This document shows positions 1-10,116 of a DNA stretch of 40,879 bases, one piece after another (within the stretch, counting starts at the first letter, position 1; each line of letters begins with the position of its first letter). The notes below the pieces were generated by a model. That model did no database searches. It saw nothing but the letters and a program-made list of their open reading frames with translations, and was not told the DNA's origin. Position numbers and translations under genes: made by a program. The stretch is taken from positions 1 to 40,879 of the forward strand of contig JAHRVR010000060.1 of assembly GCA_019090585.1 (NCBI GenBank), read 5' to 3'. The stretch comes from Sphingomonadaceae bacterium. GTDB taxonomy: Bacteria > Pseudomonadota > Alphaproteobacteria > Sphingomonadales > Sphingomonadaceae.

Positions 1-107
1 CAGGTCTCTATGTGGTCGGCGAAGCCGTTGATGTAACGGGCTGGCTGGGTGGATATAACTTCCAGTGGGCCTGGGCCAGCGGCTGGGCTGCAGCCCAATC
101 CATCTGA
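1..107 (+). CDS. 3' end of HI0933/BaiN-family NAD(P)/FAD-dependent oxidoreductase (partial, runs off the left edge)
   Basis: Frame from nt 3 reads GLYVVGEAVDVTGWLGGYNFQWAWASGWAAAQSI* (TGA at 105-107), the C-terminal signature of the HI0933 family. Not in the ORF track. Confidence 0.9.
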   Translation, partial: GLYVVGEAVDVTGWLGGYNFQWAWASGWAAAQSI

Positions 108-157
108 TTTACCCTGGCGACGTGCATTTGCGCGCGAACGTCCTATTTGTGAGTTCC

Positions 158-1957
158 ATGACCTTTTCCAAACTTCCGCCGTTTCTGAGCGAAGCACTTG
201 CCGAACGCGGCTATGCCGAGCCCACTCCCGTCCAGGCCGCCGTGCTGGAACCTGAGGCCATAGGCCGCGATCTTGTCGTTTCGGCACAAACCGGCTCGGG
301 CAAAACGGTCGCCTTCGGCCTCTCCATGGCAAACGAGCTGCTCGGTGATGATGGCTCCATGCCTCGCCCCGGAAAGCCTCTGGCGCTGGTGATTGCCCCC
401 ACGCGTGAGCTTGCACTACAGGTCAGCCGTGAGCTGACATGGCTCTATAGCAAGGCCGGTGCGCGCATCACGACTTGTGTCGGCGGGATGAACCCCTCTC
501 AGGAACGCCGCGCACTGCAATCCGGCGCATCGATCGTCGTCGGCACACCGGGCCGGCTTCGCGATCATCTTGAACGCGGCGTGCTGGACTTGTCTGAACT
601 GCTCGCCATCGTCCTCGATGAAGCCGACGAAATGCTGGACATGGGCTTTCGCGAGGACCTTGAGGAGATCCTTGACGCGACGCCTGAAACCCGCCGCACG
701 CTTCTCTTTTCAGCAACCATGCCGCGCCCGATCGAGGCTCTTGCCAGGCGCTATCAGCGTGATGCCCTTCGCATTTCCACGGTCGGTGACGATCGCGGCC
801 ATGGCGACATCACCTACCAGGCCGTTACCGTGTCCCCTTCCGAGATTGAAAACGCGGTGGTCAACCTGCTGCGCTTTCACGAAGCGGAAACGGCGATGTT
901 GTTTTGCGCCACACGCGATAATGTCCGCCACTTGCACGCGACATTGCAAGAGCGCGGGTTTGCAGTTGTCGCCCTGTCAGGCGAACATTCGCAGAGCGAG
1001 CGCAACCAGGCATTGCAGGCATTGCGCGACCGCCGGGTGCGTGTGTGCGTTGCAACCGATGTCGCGGCGCGCGGCATCGATTTACCAACGCTAAGCCTCG
1101 TTGTTCATGTCGAGATACCGCGCGATGCAGAGACGCTTCAGCACCGTTCCGGCCGCACGGGCCGCGCAGGAAAAAAGGGCACTGCTGTGATTATCGTGCC
1201 CTACCCACGGCGCAAACGGGTAGAAGCGATGCTGAGCCGCGCCCGGATCAAGGCGGACTGGATCGACGCGCCAAGCCGGGAAGCCATCCGCGCACAGGAC
1301 CGTGAGCGTCTGCTGGCCGCCCTGCTTGAACCGGTCGAGTACGAAGAGGACGACCGCGAACTTGCCGAACGCCTGCTTGCCGAGCGCACGCCGCAAGACA
1401 TCGCCGCCGCTCTGGTCCGCGCCCACCGGGCCACAATGCCCGAACCTGAAGAGTTGATTGAGAACACCCCGGAAGCACGGCGCGCCGCACAGAAGGAGCG
1501 GCATCGTCCGGGCTTTGAAGACATCGTCTGGTACCGCATGAGTATCGGTCGGCGCCAGAATGCCGATCCGCGTTGGTTGCTGCCACTGTTATGCCGCCGC
1601 GGCCACATCACCCGCAATGAAATTGGCGCGATCCGTATTGGCCCCGATGAAACGCATTTCCAGGTGCCCCGCGCCATAGCCGCCAAATTCGGCGCCGCGC
1701 TTGAGCGAACAGCCGGGTCAGATGATGATGAGGAAGCCGTCGTTATCGAGGAGTCGAAAAACCCACCGCGCGAGGCGGCACGGGAGAACCGCAAGGGCGG
1801 CAAGCACCGCCGCCCCAACGATGGGCCGCCGCCGCATCGGCCAAAGCCCCACCGCAAAGGACCCGGGAAGAAGTTCGGCCCCGGCGGCGATGGTAAACCT
1901 GCCCATAAGCGCAAAGACCGGAAAAAGCCGACCAGGGCTCACGAGAAAAATAAGTGA
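158..1957 (+). CDS. DEAD-box ATP-dependent RNA helicase, DeaD/CsdA-like, with DbpA-type RNA-binding domain and basic tail
   Basis: Q motif (GYAEPTPVQ), AQTGSGKT, PTRELA, TPGR, DEAD, SAT, ARGID, HRSGRTGRAG. Start moved to ATG 158 (MTFSKL) because the track start at 65 overlaps the upstream gene. Confidence 0.95.
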   Translation: MTFSKLPPFLSEALAERGYAEPTPVQAAVLEPEAIGRDLVVSAQTGSGKTVAFGLSMANELLGDDGSMPRPGKPLALVIAPTRELALQVSRELTWLYSKAGARITTCVGGMNPSQERRALQSGASIVVGTPGRLRDHLERGVLDLSELLAIVLDEADEMLDMGFREDLEEILDATPETRRTLLFSATMPRPIEALARRYQRDALRISTVGDDRGHGDITYQAVTVSPSEIENAVVNLLRFHEAETAMLFCATRDNVRHLHATLQERGFAVVALSGEHSQSERNQALQALRDRRVRVCVATDVAARGIDLPTLSLVVHVEIPRDAETLQHRSGRTGRAGKKGTAVIIVPYPRRKRVEAMLSRARIKADWIDAPSREAIRAQDRERLLAALLEPVEYEEDDRELAERLLAERTPQDIAAALVRAHRATMPEPEELIENTPEARRAAQKERHRPGFEDIVWYRMSIGRRQNADPRWLLPLLCRRGHITRNEIGAIRIGPDETHFQVPRAIAAKFGAALERTAGSDDDEEAVVIEESKNPPREAARENRKGGKHRRPNDGPPPHRPKPHRKGPGKKFGPGGDGKPAHKRKDRKKPTRAHEKNK

Positions 1958-2421
1958 GCGAACCGGATCAAGGCATTCGTATCCTGGTGGATGCGGATGC
2001 CTGTCCGGTGAAGGAAGAAATCTATAAAGTGGCACAGCGCCACAAGGTTCCGGTCACGATCGTCAGCAACAGTTGGTTTCGCGTGCCGCAAAGCCCGCTG
2101 ATCGACCGTATTGTCGTCGATGACGGTTTCGATGCCGCCGACGACTGGATCGCCGAAGCCGCAGATCATCGCTGCATCGTCATCACTTCGGATATTTTAC
2201 TTGCGGAGCGTTGCCTGAAAGCGAACGCAGCGGTCATCTCCCCAACGGGAAAGCCCTTCACAGCAGCCTCGATAGGCAGTGCGGTTGCGGTTCGTGCGAT
2301 TATGGCCGATTTGCGTGCTGGAGGCGATCAGATCGGCGGGCCGGCGCCATTCACCAAAGCCGACCGATCGAAATTCCTGCAGATTCTGGACACCGAACTG
2401 GTTCGAATGGGCAGGCTATAG
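1954..2421 (+). CDS. yaiI: YaiI/YqxD (DUF188) family protein
   Basis: ILVDADACPVK, DAADDWI, VITSDILLA and GGPAPF motifs; GTGA overlap with the helicase stop. Confidence 0.9.
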   Translation: MSEPDQGIRILVDADACPVKEEIYKVAQRHKVPVTIVSNSWFRVPQSPLIDRIVVDDGFDAADDWIAEAADHRCIVITSDILLAERCLKANAAVISPTGKPFTAASIGSAVAVRAIMADLRAGGDQIGGPAPFTKADRSKFLQILDTELVRMGRL

Positions 2422-2445
2422 TCGGAGCGATACGAGTTTAAGAGG

Positions 2446-2471
2446 ATGGCCGGGCGGATCAGCCCGGCCAT
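2446..2471. terminator. Stem-loop between convergent genes, probable terminator
   Basis: ATGGCCGGGC-ggatca-GCCCGGCCAT: perfect 10-bp stem; only a weak U tract. Confidence 0.6.
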
Positions 2472-2486
2472 TCCCGTCTTACTGCC

Positions 2487-3707
2487 TCACCTCTTGCCTT
2501 CGAGCAGGCCCTTGAGGTTGGAACTCATGAACTTCTGCTGGTCTGCCGGCGAGAAGTCCTGGACATCGCCAATGTAGTCCAGCGGCTTTGCCACGCCTTC
2601 GGCATGTGGCCAATCGCTGCCGAACAGCAGCCTGTCTGGCGACATAAGCTTGGCCAGCTCATTCACATTCTCTTCGTAGAACGGTGCAACATAGACCTTC
2701 TCGTGGAAGTGCTCGAGCGGGTCGCGCGCAAACGCCTGCGGCATCTGCCCATAGGCCCGCTTCAGGATGTGCGTCAGTGACCGGACAAAGGTCGAACCAT
2801 TTTCCGCCGAAACCCAGCGGATATTGGGATGGCGATCCATGACGCCGTGGCAGATCAGCGCCATGAGCATATCCTGGATCGCGCGGGTTAGGCCATCCAT
2901 GCAGGCCTTGAGGGGATCAGCCCGATCGAACGCGACCTGGCCGCCACCGCCATTCCACCATTGGTAGATCTCGTCATAGCCAGAATCCGAGCAGTGCAGC
3001 ACGACGAAGATGCCGGACTCGGCAACTTTGGCCCAGAAGCGATCAAACTCTGGAAGACCCGGCGAACGCGTGTGGAGCGCGCCCGGCACCGGGGCGGGGC
3101 GAACGAGGATGTGCCGCGCACCATTTTTGAGGCAGAAATCGAGTTCCTTCTCAGCTGCGTCGGCATCGGCCAGCGAAATGTATCCGCACGGGAAGATGCG
3201 GTCCTTGTAATTGAACGTCCATTCATCTGCGACCCATGCGTTGAGCGAGTGCACGCAGGCGGCCATCAGTTCGACATCTTTGCCCATGTGGCCTTCGATG
3301 ACCGAAGCGAGCGTCGGGAAGATCAGCTGTCCGTGGACATTCTGCTCATCAAGCAGTTTGAGGCGCGATACCGGCTCTGCGAATTCTGGCTGGAATCTGA
3401 GAGGATCGCCGGTCATTTCGCGGATAGACAAGCCATCCGGATTGTCCGCGCGGAACCATTTTTCGTGCGAACCCGGAGCAGCCACCACTTCGAAAGTGGG
3501 ATTGGGAATCCACTCACTGATATGGCCTTTGATTGCCAGCTTGGTCCTGCCGTTGACAGTCACATACTGGAAATCTTTATGGAATTTCTTCGGCAGGTGT
3601 CGCCGGAACGTGTCCATGGTTTCATAAAGATGGCCATCGGCGTCGTAAACCGGATAACCTAAATCCCGATCTTCTATCGGGCGCTCCATAACCGTTTGAA
3701 CTGGCAT
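2487..3707 (-). CDS. Amidohydrolase_2 family metal-dependent hydrolase/decarboxylase/hydratase
   Basis: DADGH, LH, AENG and FGSDWPH motifs; AGGAG RBS before ATG 3707 (MPVQTV). Confidence 0.88.
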   Translation of the reverse strand: MPVQTVMERPIEDRDLGYPVYDADGHLYETMDTFRRHLPKKFHKDFQYVTVNGRTKLAIKGHISEWIPNPTFEVVAAPGSHEKWFRADNPDGLSIREMTGDPLRFQPEFAEPVSRLKLLDEQNVHGQLIFPTLASVIEGHMGKDVELMAACVHSLNAWVADEWTFNYKDRIFPCGYISLADADAAEKELDFCLKNGARHILVRPAPVPGALHTRSPGLPEFDRFWAKVAESGIFVVLHCSDSGYDEIYQWWNGGGGQVAFDRADPLKACMDGLTRAIQDMLMALICHGVMDRHPNIRWVSAENGSTFVRSLTHILKRAYGQMPQAFARDPLEHFHEKVYVAPFYEENVNELAKLMSPDRLLFGSDWPHAEGVAKPLDYIGDVQDFSPADQQKFMSSNLKGLLEGKR

Positions 3708-4020
3708 AAACCTCACTCCTGTAGGAAAGTTGACCAATACACCGAGCAGCCGCGCGGTGTATTAGATTGCATCCCGTTGTTCGGGCTTCTTACTCTAGTT
3801 GCACCCAGTTTACTAGTTGGACCGGGCGAATCGCAAGCCAAACCCAATCCGAACGACAATTCCATAATCATGGAAGAGCGCCCTGAGGCGCACAGTCCGT
3901 CGCTCAATGGCAGCGATACCGGCTATTTCGAATTGCACCGGCGGGCAATCTCGCACAGAACGAACCTATCGATATACGCCGGAGTGGCACTTTTTGGGCG
4001 TGCTGCAGGGGGAGAGGCCA

Positions 4021-6366
4021 ATGAATGGCGTTGCCGCCGTGGCAGCAGGGCAAACTGATCGCCGTTGGGGCGCAGGACTGCTTGGAACGCTGCTTGGAGC
4101 GATTGGGCTGTGGCTGGCGGGCGGCGGCGCGTGGCTGCTTTCGCTGGGTGGTTCGGCTTACTACCTCCTCGCCGGAGCCGGCTGTGGCCTTGCCGCCGCA
4201 TTCTATTTCAGCCGCCGCGAGAGAGCCGCAATGGCGGCCTACCTTGCCGTTTTTGCCGGGACGTGCATCTGGGCGCTGGCCGAGATCGGGACGGACTTCT
4301 GGCAGCTTGTGCCGCGCGTGGGAGGCCCGGCGGTCATGGCAGCAATCGTTATCATCCACTGGCAATTCTCACACGGCAAGAGCCGCAGGATCGCCTGGAG
4401 CATGAGCGCACTGGCCGCTATCGCCTTCGCAGTGCTGCTCGGCTCGATCACGGGCTTGCCGAGTGCCAGCGGGGCGATGCTCACCGGGCCGCTTCCAGCC
4501 ACCATGGCCGATGACTGGGCCGCATTCGGCAAATCGCAGGCCGGCACACGCTATTCCCGGGCTGACCAGATCACACCGGAGAACATCGGATCGCTGGAAG
4601 TTGCCTGGACGCTGCGCACGGGTGACCTTCCGTCAGCCTTTCCCGATATGCCCGGCGCCCTTACGTTTGAGGCGACGCCGCTCAAGGTGGGCGAGCTCAT
4701 TTACCTGTGCACACCGCACAACCTTGTCATTGCCGCCGATGCGGACACGGGAAAGGAGCGATGGCGATTCGATCCGAAGCTTCAGCTAAAGCAGCCCATG
4801 CTCTTTGCCTGCCGGGGCGTCTCCTATGCCCAAACCGGCGATGAAGGCGCGCAGTGTGCCAGCCGTATCATCTACCCCACACTCGATGCCCGGCTGATCG
4901 CGCTTGATGCCCTGACAGGCGAACCATGCAGTTCCTTCGGGTCGCAAGGCATGGTCGATATGACCGAGAATTTGGGCGAAGTGCCGGCTGGGTCCTACGT
5001 TGTCACCTCCCCGCCCGCGATCGCCAATGGCGTGGCAATCGTCGGCAGCTTCGTGATCGATGGCAAGTTCAGCCCAAACCCCTCCGGCGTGATCCGCGGC
5101 TATGACGTGGTCACGGGCGAACGGCTCTGGGCATGGGACGCTAGCAGCAGGGACGAGAACCGGGTGCCCGGCCCGGGAGAGCAATATACGCGCGGCGCAG
5201 TCAATAGCTGGACCGTCAGCAGCGCCGACCCGGAGCTTGGGCTGGTTTATCTGCCCCTCGGCAATGTCAGCCCTGACTTCGCTGGATGGAACCGCACAGC
5301 CGAGGAGGAACGCTATACAAGCTCGGTCGTCGCTCTCGATACCCGGACCGGCAAGCGCCGCTGGCATTTTCAGACGGTCCACCATGATCTGTGGGATTAC
5401 GATGTCCCCGCACAGCCGGTCCTCTTCGACATGCCGGTTCCCGGTGGCGGCACTCGGCCCGCGCTGGCACAACCGACAAAGCAGGGCGAGATATTCATCC
5501 TGGATCGCAGGACCGGCAAACCGCTGACAGAAGTGGAAGAACAGCCAGTTCCGCAAGGAGACGTTCCGTTAGAACGCTATTCACCGACGCAGCCGGTTTC
5601 AACCGGCTTTGCTTCGCCCTTTTCGCCAGAACCGCTGACGGAAAAGGACATGTGGGGGGCGACGCCGCTCGATCAGCTCTATTGCCGCATCCGCTTTCGC
5701 TCGGCCCGTTACGATGGGCGTTTTACGCCGCCCTCGACCGACCTGACACTTCAGCATCCGGGTAACTACGGCATCATGAACTGGGGCAGCGTGACGATTG
5801 GCAATGGCGGCAAGACGATGCTCGTCAATTCATCCCACCTGGCAATGACCAACCAGCTCACTCCTTATGCCGGCCCCGAAAAAGGCCCGCCCGGACATGC
5901 CGAATTCGCACCGCAGCGGGGAACGGCTTATGCGGCAATTACAAAAGTGCTGCTCTCGCCGCTCGGCATTCCGTGCAACGCGCCGCCGTGGGGCAAGCTT
6001 ACCGCAATCGATCTCACCTCGCGAAAGATCGCATGGCAGCGCCCCTTTGGCACCACGCGCGACCATGCGCCGCTGGGCATCGCCGTGCCCGGCGCGCCCA
6101 ACATGGCGGGATCGGTGGCAACGGCGGGCGGCGTGCTTTTCATTGGCGCTTCGATCGACAACTACTTGCGCGCTTACGACACAAAGACCGGCGCGGAGCT
6201 TTGGCGCACACGCCTGCCCGCAGGGGGGCAGGCATCCCCGATCAGCTATGTCTCGGAAAAGACCGGCAAGCAGTATGTCCTCATCGCCGCGGGCGGCCAC
6301 CAGATGATGGACACTGCCCTTGGCGATTATGTGATTGCCTATGCCTTGCCCGATGGGAAGCGCTAG
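4021..6366 (+). CDS. Membrane-bound PQQ-dependent dehydrogenase, glucose/quinate/shikimate family
   Basis: Five N-terminal hydrophobic segments (LGGSAYY, LVPR), FEATPL, CRGV, FQTVHHDLWDYD, CNAPPWG, LPAGGQASP; GGGGAG RBS before ATG 4021. Confidence 0.93.
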   Translation: MNGVAAVAAGQTDRRWGAGLLGTLLGAIGLWLAGGGAWLLSLGGSAYYLLAGAGCGLAAAFYFSRRERAAMAAYLAVFAGTCIWALAEIGTDFWQLVPRVGGPAVMAAIVIIHWQFSHGKSRRIAWSMSALAAIAFAVLLGSITGLPSASGAMLTGPLPATMADDWAAFGKSQAGTRYSRADQITPENIGSLEVAWTLRTGDLPSAFPDMPGALTFEATPLKVGELIYLCTPHNLVIAADADTGKERWRFDPKLQLKQPMLFACRGVSYAQTGDEGAQCASRIIYPTLDARLIALDALTGEPCSSFGSQGMVDMTENLGEVPAGSYVVTSPPAIANGVAIVGSFVIDGKFSPNPSGVIRGYDVVTGERLWAWDASSRDENRVPGPGEQYTRGAVNSWTVSSADPELGLVYLPLGNVSPDFAGWNRTAEEERYTSSVVALDTRTGKRRWHFQTVHHDLWDYDVPAQPVLFDMPVPGGGTRPALAQPTKQGEIFILDRRTGKPLTEVEEQPVPQGDVPLERYSPTQPVSTGFASPFSPEPLTEKDMWGATPLDQLYCRIRFRSARYDGRFTPPSTDLTLQHPGNYGIMNWGSVTIGNGGKTMLVNSSHLAMTNQLTPYAGPEKGPPGHAEFAPQRGTAYAAITKVLLSPLGIPCNAPPWGKLTAIDLTSRKIAWQRPFGTTRDHAPLGIAVPGAPNMAGSVATAGGVLFIGASIDNYLRAYDTKTGAELWRTRLPAGGQASPISYVSEKTGKQYVLIAAGGHQMMDTALGDYVIAYALPDGKR

Positions 6367-6458
6367 CCCCCCCGACAACGCAGGAACAGGGGCAACTGGA
6401 TTCTCTGACTGACCTTGCGCTGCGCTGCACAAGGTATCGAGCGAGCGCGCTGCGGCCC

Positions 6459-7268
6459 CTAGCGCCCTTTGAACTGCGCCGAGCGCTTCTCCAACATGGC
6501 CCGCCCACCTTCAGTCGCGTCGTCTGTCACGAGGGTAATGGGCTGCAGCTTCATTTCCTGATCAACTTGTTCTTCGTACGAGCGCGACAAGCTCTCCCAG
6601 AAAAGCTGGCGCGTTACACCAAGCGCAACGGTTGGCCCATTCGCCAGCTCTTGCGCCAGAGCCATTGCATCCTGCCTGAAGGTCTCGTCATCGAACACGC
6701 GGTTGGCCAGCCCCCAATCCAGAGCGGTTTCCGCTGGCAGGCGAGTGCCCATGATCATGAGTTCCTTGGCCCGCGCCAAGCCGACGATCCGAGGCAGCAT
6801 CCAGCTAAGCCCGCCGTCCGGGGAAATACCGATGCGGCGATAAGCTGACAGAAAAAATGCCGATCTGGCCGCCACCACCATGTCCCCGGCAAGAGCGAAA
6901 GCGAAACCAAAACCCGCTGCGGGCCCGTTCACGGCAGTAACCACCGGAAAGGGCAAATCCTTGATCTGTTTCATGACATGCAGAAGATGTGGCCCGAGCA
7001 TATCAATGTCGGCAGCCGACTCACTACCGTCTTCATTGCCGATCATGGCGACGCTGGCGCCTGAACAGAAGCCTCTACCTGCGCCCGTAATCATCAGACA
7101 GCGAAAGCCGTTACTGGGATCACTGACAAACTTCACAGCGGCGACAAGTTCCGCGACAAGCGCTACGCCCATCGCGTTGAGCGCGTCCGGCTCATTTAGC
7201 GTTATGACGGCTACAGGGCCGTCTGTATCGATCAGCACCTTGTTCGTATCTGGTTTCATCCCCGGCAT
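6459..7268 (-). CDS. Enoyl-CoA hydratase/isomerase (crotonase) superfamily protein, PaaG-like
   Basis: ITLNEPDALNA, TGAGRGFCSG, AVNGPAAGFG, IGISPDGG, EKRSAQFKGR; AAGGA RBS. Confidence 0.92.
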   Translation of the reverse strand: MPGMKPDTNKVLIDTDGPVAVITLNEPDALNAMGVALVAELVAAVKFVSDPSNGFRCLMITGAGRGFCSGASVAMIGNEDGSESAADIDMLGPHLLHVMKQIKDLPFPVVTAVNGPAAGFGFAFALAGDMVVAARSAFFLSAYRRIGISPDGGLSWMLPRIVGLARAKELMIMGTRLPAETALDWGLANRVFDDETFRQDAMALAQELANGPTVALGVTRQLFWESLSRSYEEQVDQEMKLQPITLVTDDATEGGRAMLEKRSAQFKGR

Positions 7269-7439
7269 ATCCTTTTAATTGTATTGCCGTAATCCTTGCG
7301 GATTCGGGCCGGGCAGAGCAAGCTAATTTTCATGCCAAACACCTTTTCATATAGCGGGATGATTGGTAAAATCGCTCAGCTGCAATTCGCCCTATAACTT
7401 AACCGGGCGGGGCAAGATCCATTCCGGGAGAAGATTGCC

Positions 7440-8762
7440 ATGTCTGACCAAGCCGCCGTCCTTGATAGCGCTGATTACCGCACATCGCCGACTGCGCGGG
7501 ATGTGTTTGAGAACTGGAAATCACAGAATGCGGACCGCCTTCCTGTCCATGATCAACGCTGGGACGTCGGAAACCCGGACATCTACCATGATGATAATTG
7601 GCAGCCGATCTTCAAGGAAATGCGCGCTGAGGGGCCCGTCAACAAAGTTACTGGCACTCCATTCGGCGATTACTGGAATGTGACGACCATCAAGGCGATT
7701 CAGCATGTTGAGTCCCTACCAAAAATCTTCTCCTCCGACTGGCAGAACGGCGGCATCACCATTCTCGACATGGACATCGCAGAGGACGAGGCGCGGGCGG
7801 CCGCGAACTTCCTTTCGATGGACCCGCCCGAGCATTCCCCCCGCAGGCGCACGGTGGCGCCTGCCTTCACCCCGGCAGAGATGGTCCGGCTGACAGACCT
7901 TGTTCGCGAACGAACATGCGCGGTCCTGGATTCCCTGCCCATTGGTGAGGAGTTCGACTGGGTTCAGCGCGTTTCGATCGAGCTGACGACCGGAATGCTG
8001 GCGACGATCTTCGATTTCCCCTGGCACCATCGCAAGGCGCTGTCCTTCTGGTCTGACTGGCTGAGCGAAATTGGACTGGGCCAATCGCAGGAACTGAGCG
8101 CGATGCGCATGGAAGTAATCATGGAGATGGCCGGCTGCTTCCATAAATTGTGGGAACAGCGCCTTAGCGCAGAGGAAACGCCGGACCTGCTTTCGCGGAT
8201 GATCCACTCCGACGCGATGAACAAGATGGACCCGATGGAATTCATGTCCAACATGGCCCTGCTTATCGTCGGCGGCAACGATACCACGCGCAACACCATG
8301 ACCGGCATAATCGAGGCGCTGGACTGCTTCCCCGAACAGCGCGCCAAGCTGGAGGAGGACCCCGGCCTGATCCCCAACGCGGTTCAGGAATGCATCCGGT
8401 ATGTCACCCCCGTCGCCCACATGCGGCGCACCGCCATGGAAGATTACGAGCTTGATGGACAATTGATCCGCAAGGGCGACAAGGTCATCCTCTGGTATAT
8501 CTCCGGCAACCGTGACGAGACGGTGTTCGATGAGGCCGACCGGCTTATCGTGACCCGGCCCAATGCCCGCCGCCACATCGCTTTCGGCTATGGCATTCAC
8601 CGCTGCATCGGCGCGCGCCTTGCCGAAATGCAGCTTCGCATCCTTATTGAAGAGATGGTCGCGCGCCGCATGCGCGTCCACGTCACCGGAGAAGTTGAGC
8701 GACTGCGCCAGAACTTCATCCACGGCTTCAGCAGTGCGAAAGTTACAGTCGAGCGCGGCTGA
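7440..8762 (+). CDS. Cytochrome P450, CYP153-like
   Basis: MDPPEH, I-helix LLIVGGNDTTRN, ExxR (ECIR), heme motif FGYGIHRCIG. VSIELTT and LLIVGGNDTTRN resemble CYP153 enzymes. Confidence 0.93.
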   Translation: MSDQAAVLDSADYRTSPTARDVFENWKSQNADRLPVHDQRWDVGNPDIYHDDNWQPIFKEMRAEGPVNKVTGTPFGDYWNVTTIKAIQHVESLPKIFSSDWQNGGITILDMDIAEDEARAAANFLSMDPPEHSPRRRTVAPAFTPAEMVRLTDLVRERTCAVLDSLPIGEEFDWVQRVSIELTTGMLATIFDFPWHHRKALSFWSDWLSEIGLGQSQELSAMRMEVIMEMAGCFHKLWEQRLSAEETPDLLSRMIHSDAMNKMDPMEFMSNMALLIVGGNDTTRNTMTGIIEALDCFPEQRAKLEEDPGLIPNAVQECIRYVTPVAHMRRTAMEDYELDGQLIRKGDKVILWYISGNRDETVFDEADRLIVTRPNARRHIAFGYGIHRCIGARLAEMQLRILIEEMVARRMRVHVTGEVERLRQNFIHGFSSAKVTVERG

Positions 8763-8877
8763 CTATACAGCGGCAATGCCTGCACGGCGCGGTGGTTGAC
8801 GCCGTGCGGCCTGCTATCGCTTCAAAGGCAGGGTCGCGGGCTGATCCACTGCTTCGCCGGCACTGCGTCAGGCTTGA

Positions 8878-9906
8878 TCAGTCCCGCGCAAAAGCCGCGA
8901 TATCAACGGCCATGCTTTCGCTGATATCGGAACAGAACAGAAATGACTCCGTCCCATGGATCGTGCCCACTGCGATCTGGCACCGCGCTGCAACGCCCGC
9001 GCGCAGAAGCTTGCGATACAGTGTGATCCCCTCATCCATCAGCGGATCGCATTCGTTGACGGAAATCTTGACCTTGGGCAGCCCTTTGAGATCTTCCTCT
9101 GAGGCAAAGCCCGGCCATGCCAGTGGATCGCGCGCCTCGAACGCGTCGATCCCGTAACACACCGCGCCATTGTCCACGAGCAGGTCAATGAGGATGCCTG
9201 AATTCTGCATCACCGAGCCGCCATCCGCTTCGCTCCAGTCCCCCCTGATATAAGGGCAGAGCGCATAAAGGCCCTTAATGCGATCGGCCTGCCCGTCCCG
9301 CTTCATCGCCAGTCCCGCCGCGATGGTAAGGTTGCCTCCGCCGCTCTCCCCCGCGACCACCACTCGTTCGGGATCGATGCCCAGTTCCCCGGCATTGTCG
9401 AGCACCCAGCGCAGGCCGGATACGCAATCATTGAGGCCCGCCGGATAAGGAGCGATTTCGGGAAGCGTATTTGCGATCCCCGCGTTTCTGAACTCAACCA
9501 GCACAACCGCAACGCCCCTGGCAGCGATCATCCGCCCCCACGCGGTAAAGTGCGGATCGTAGGCACTCATCATCATCATGCCGCCGCCGTGGATGTAATA
9601 GACGCAAGGCAGGGGCTCTGCCGATTGCGGCCTGATCACCTGCAGGCTGATCGCGTTGCCCTCGGGCGATGACGTTATCTGCCGGGAACTGATCTCAAGG
9701 CCGGTCGAAGGCGCAATCGCCTCGAAATCCTGATTTTCGAGCACCGCACCGAAGGTATTGTCCTGAGGAGCTGCCGCCGCTGCGGCCATCGCGGCAAGCA
9801 GGTCTTCGCGGCGCGCGACCTTTCGCCCGCCGGAAGCCTTCACATCTGCGAACACGGATTTGATACGCGGGTCAATGCGCGGGTCTTCAACAATCTTGTT
9901 GGTCAT
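8878..9906 (-). CDS. HSL-family (family IV) alpha/beta-hydrolase esterase
   Basis: HGGG oxyanion loop, GESGG nucleophile, CDPLMDEG Asp, IHG His; AGGAGG RBS before ATG 9906. Confidence 0.92.
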   Translation of the reverse strand: MTNKIVEDPRIDPRIKSVFADVKASGGRKVARREDLLAAMAAAAAAPQDNTFGAVLENQDFEAIAPSTGLEISSRQITSSPEGNAISLQVIRPQSAEPLPCVYYIHGGGMMMMSAYDPHFTAWGRMIAARGVAVVLVEFRNAGIANTLPEIAPYPAGLNDCVSGLRWVLDNAGELGIDPERVVVAGESGGGNLTIAAGLAMKRDGQADRIKGLYALCPYIRGDWSEADGGSVMQNSGILIDLLVDNGAVCYGIDAFEARDPLAWPGFASEEDLKGLPKVKISVNECDPLMDEGITLYRKLLRAGVAARCQIAVGTIHGTESFLFCSDISESMAVDIAAFARD

Positions 9907-10012
9907 GATCCCTCCTGCTCTTGTCGGTCGGCGATACGGCATGTGCATATGACGTTCCAGCCGTTAATCGACCCATATACCAACGGTCTGCGGGCCTGTT
10001 CGAGACCACGGT

Positions 10013-10042
10013 TTGACCTGACCTCAACCTGGGGTATGAAAT
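10013..10042 (+). promoter_or_regulatory. Putative sigma70 promoter for the thiolase-DUF35 pair, with AACCTGGG in the spacer
   Basis: TTGACC at 10013-10018 and TATGAAAT at 10035-10042; closely resembles the promoter at 18141-18172. Confidence 0.5.
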
Positions 10043-10116
10043 GATGAAATTTGGCCGGTCCTGTGATTTATCGTTCGCAACAAGGAATGGCGATCTGGGA
10101 AGGGATTATTACCGGA

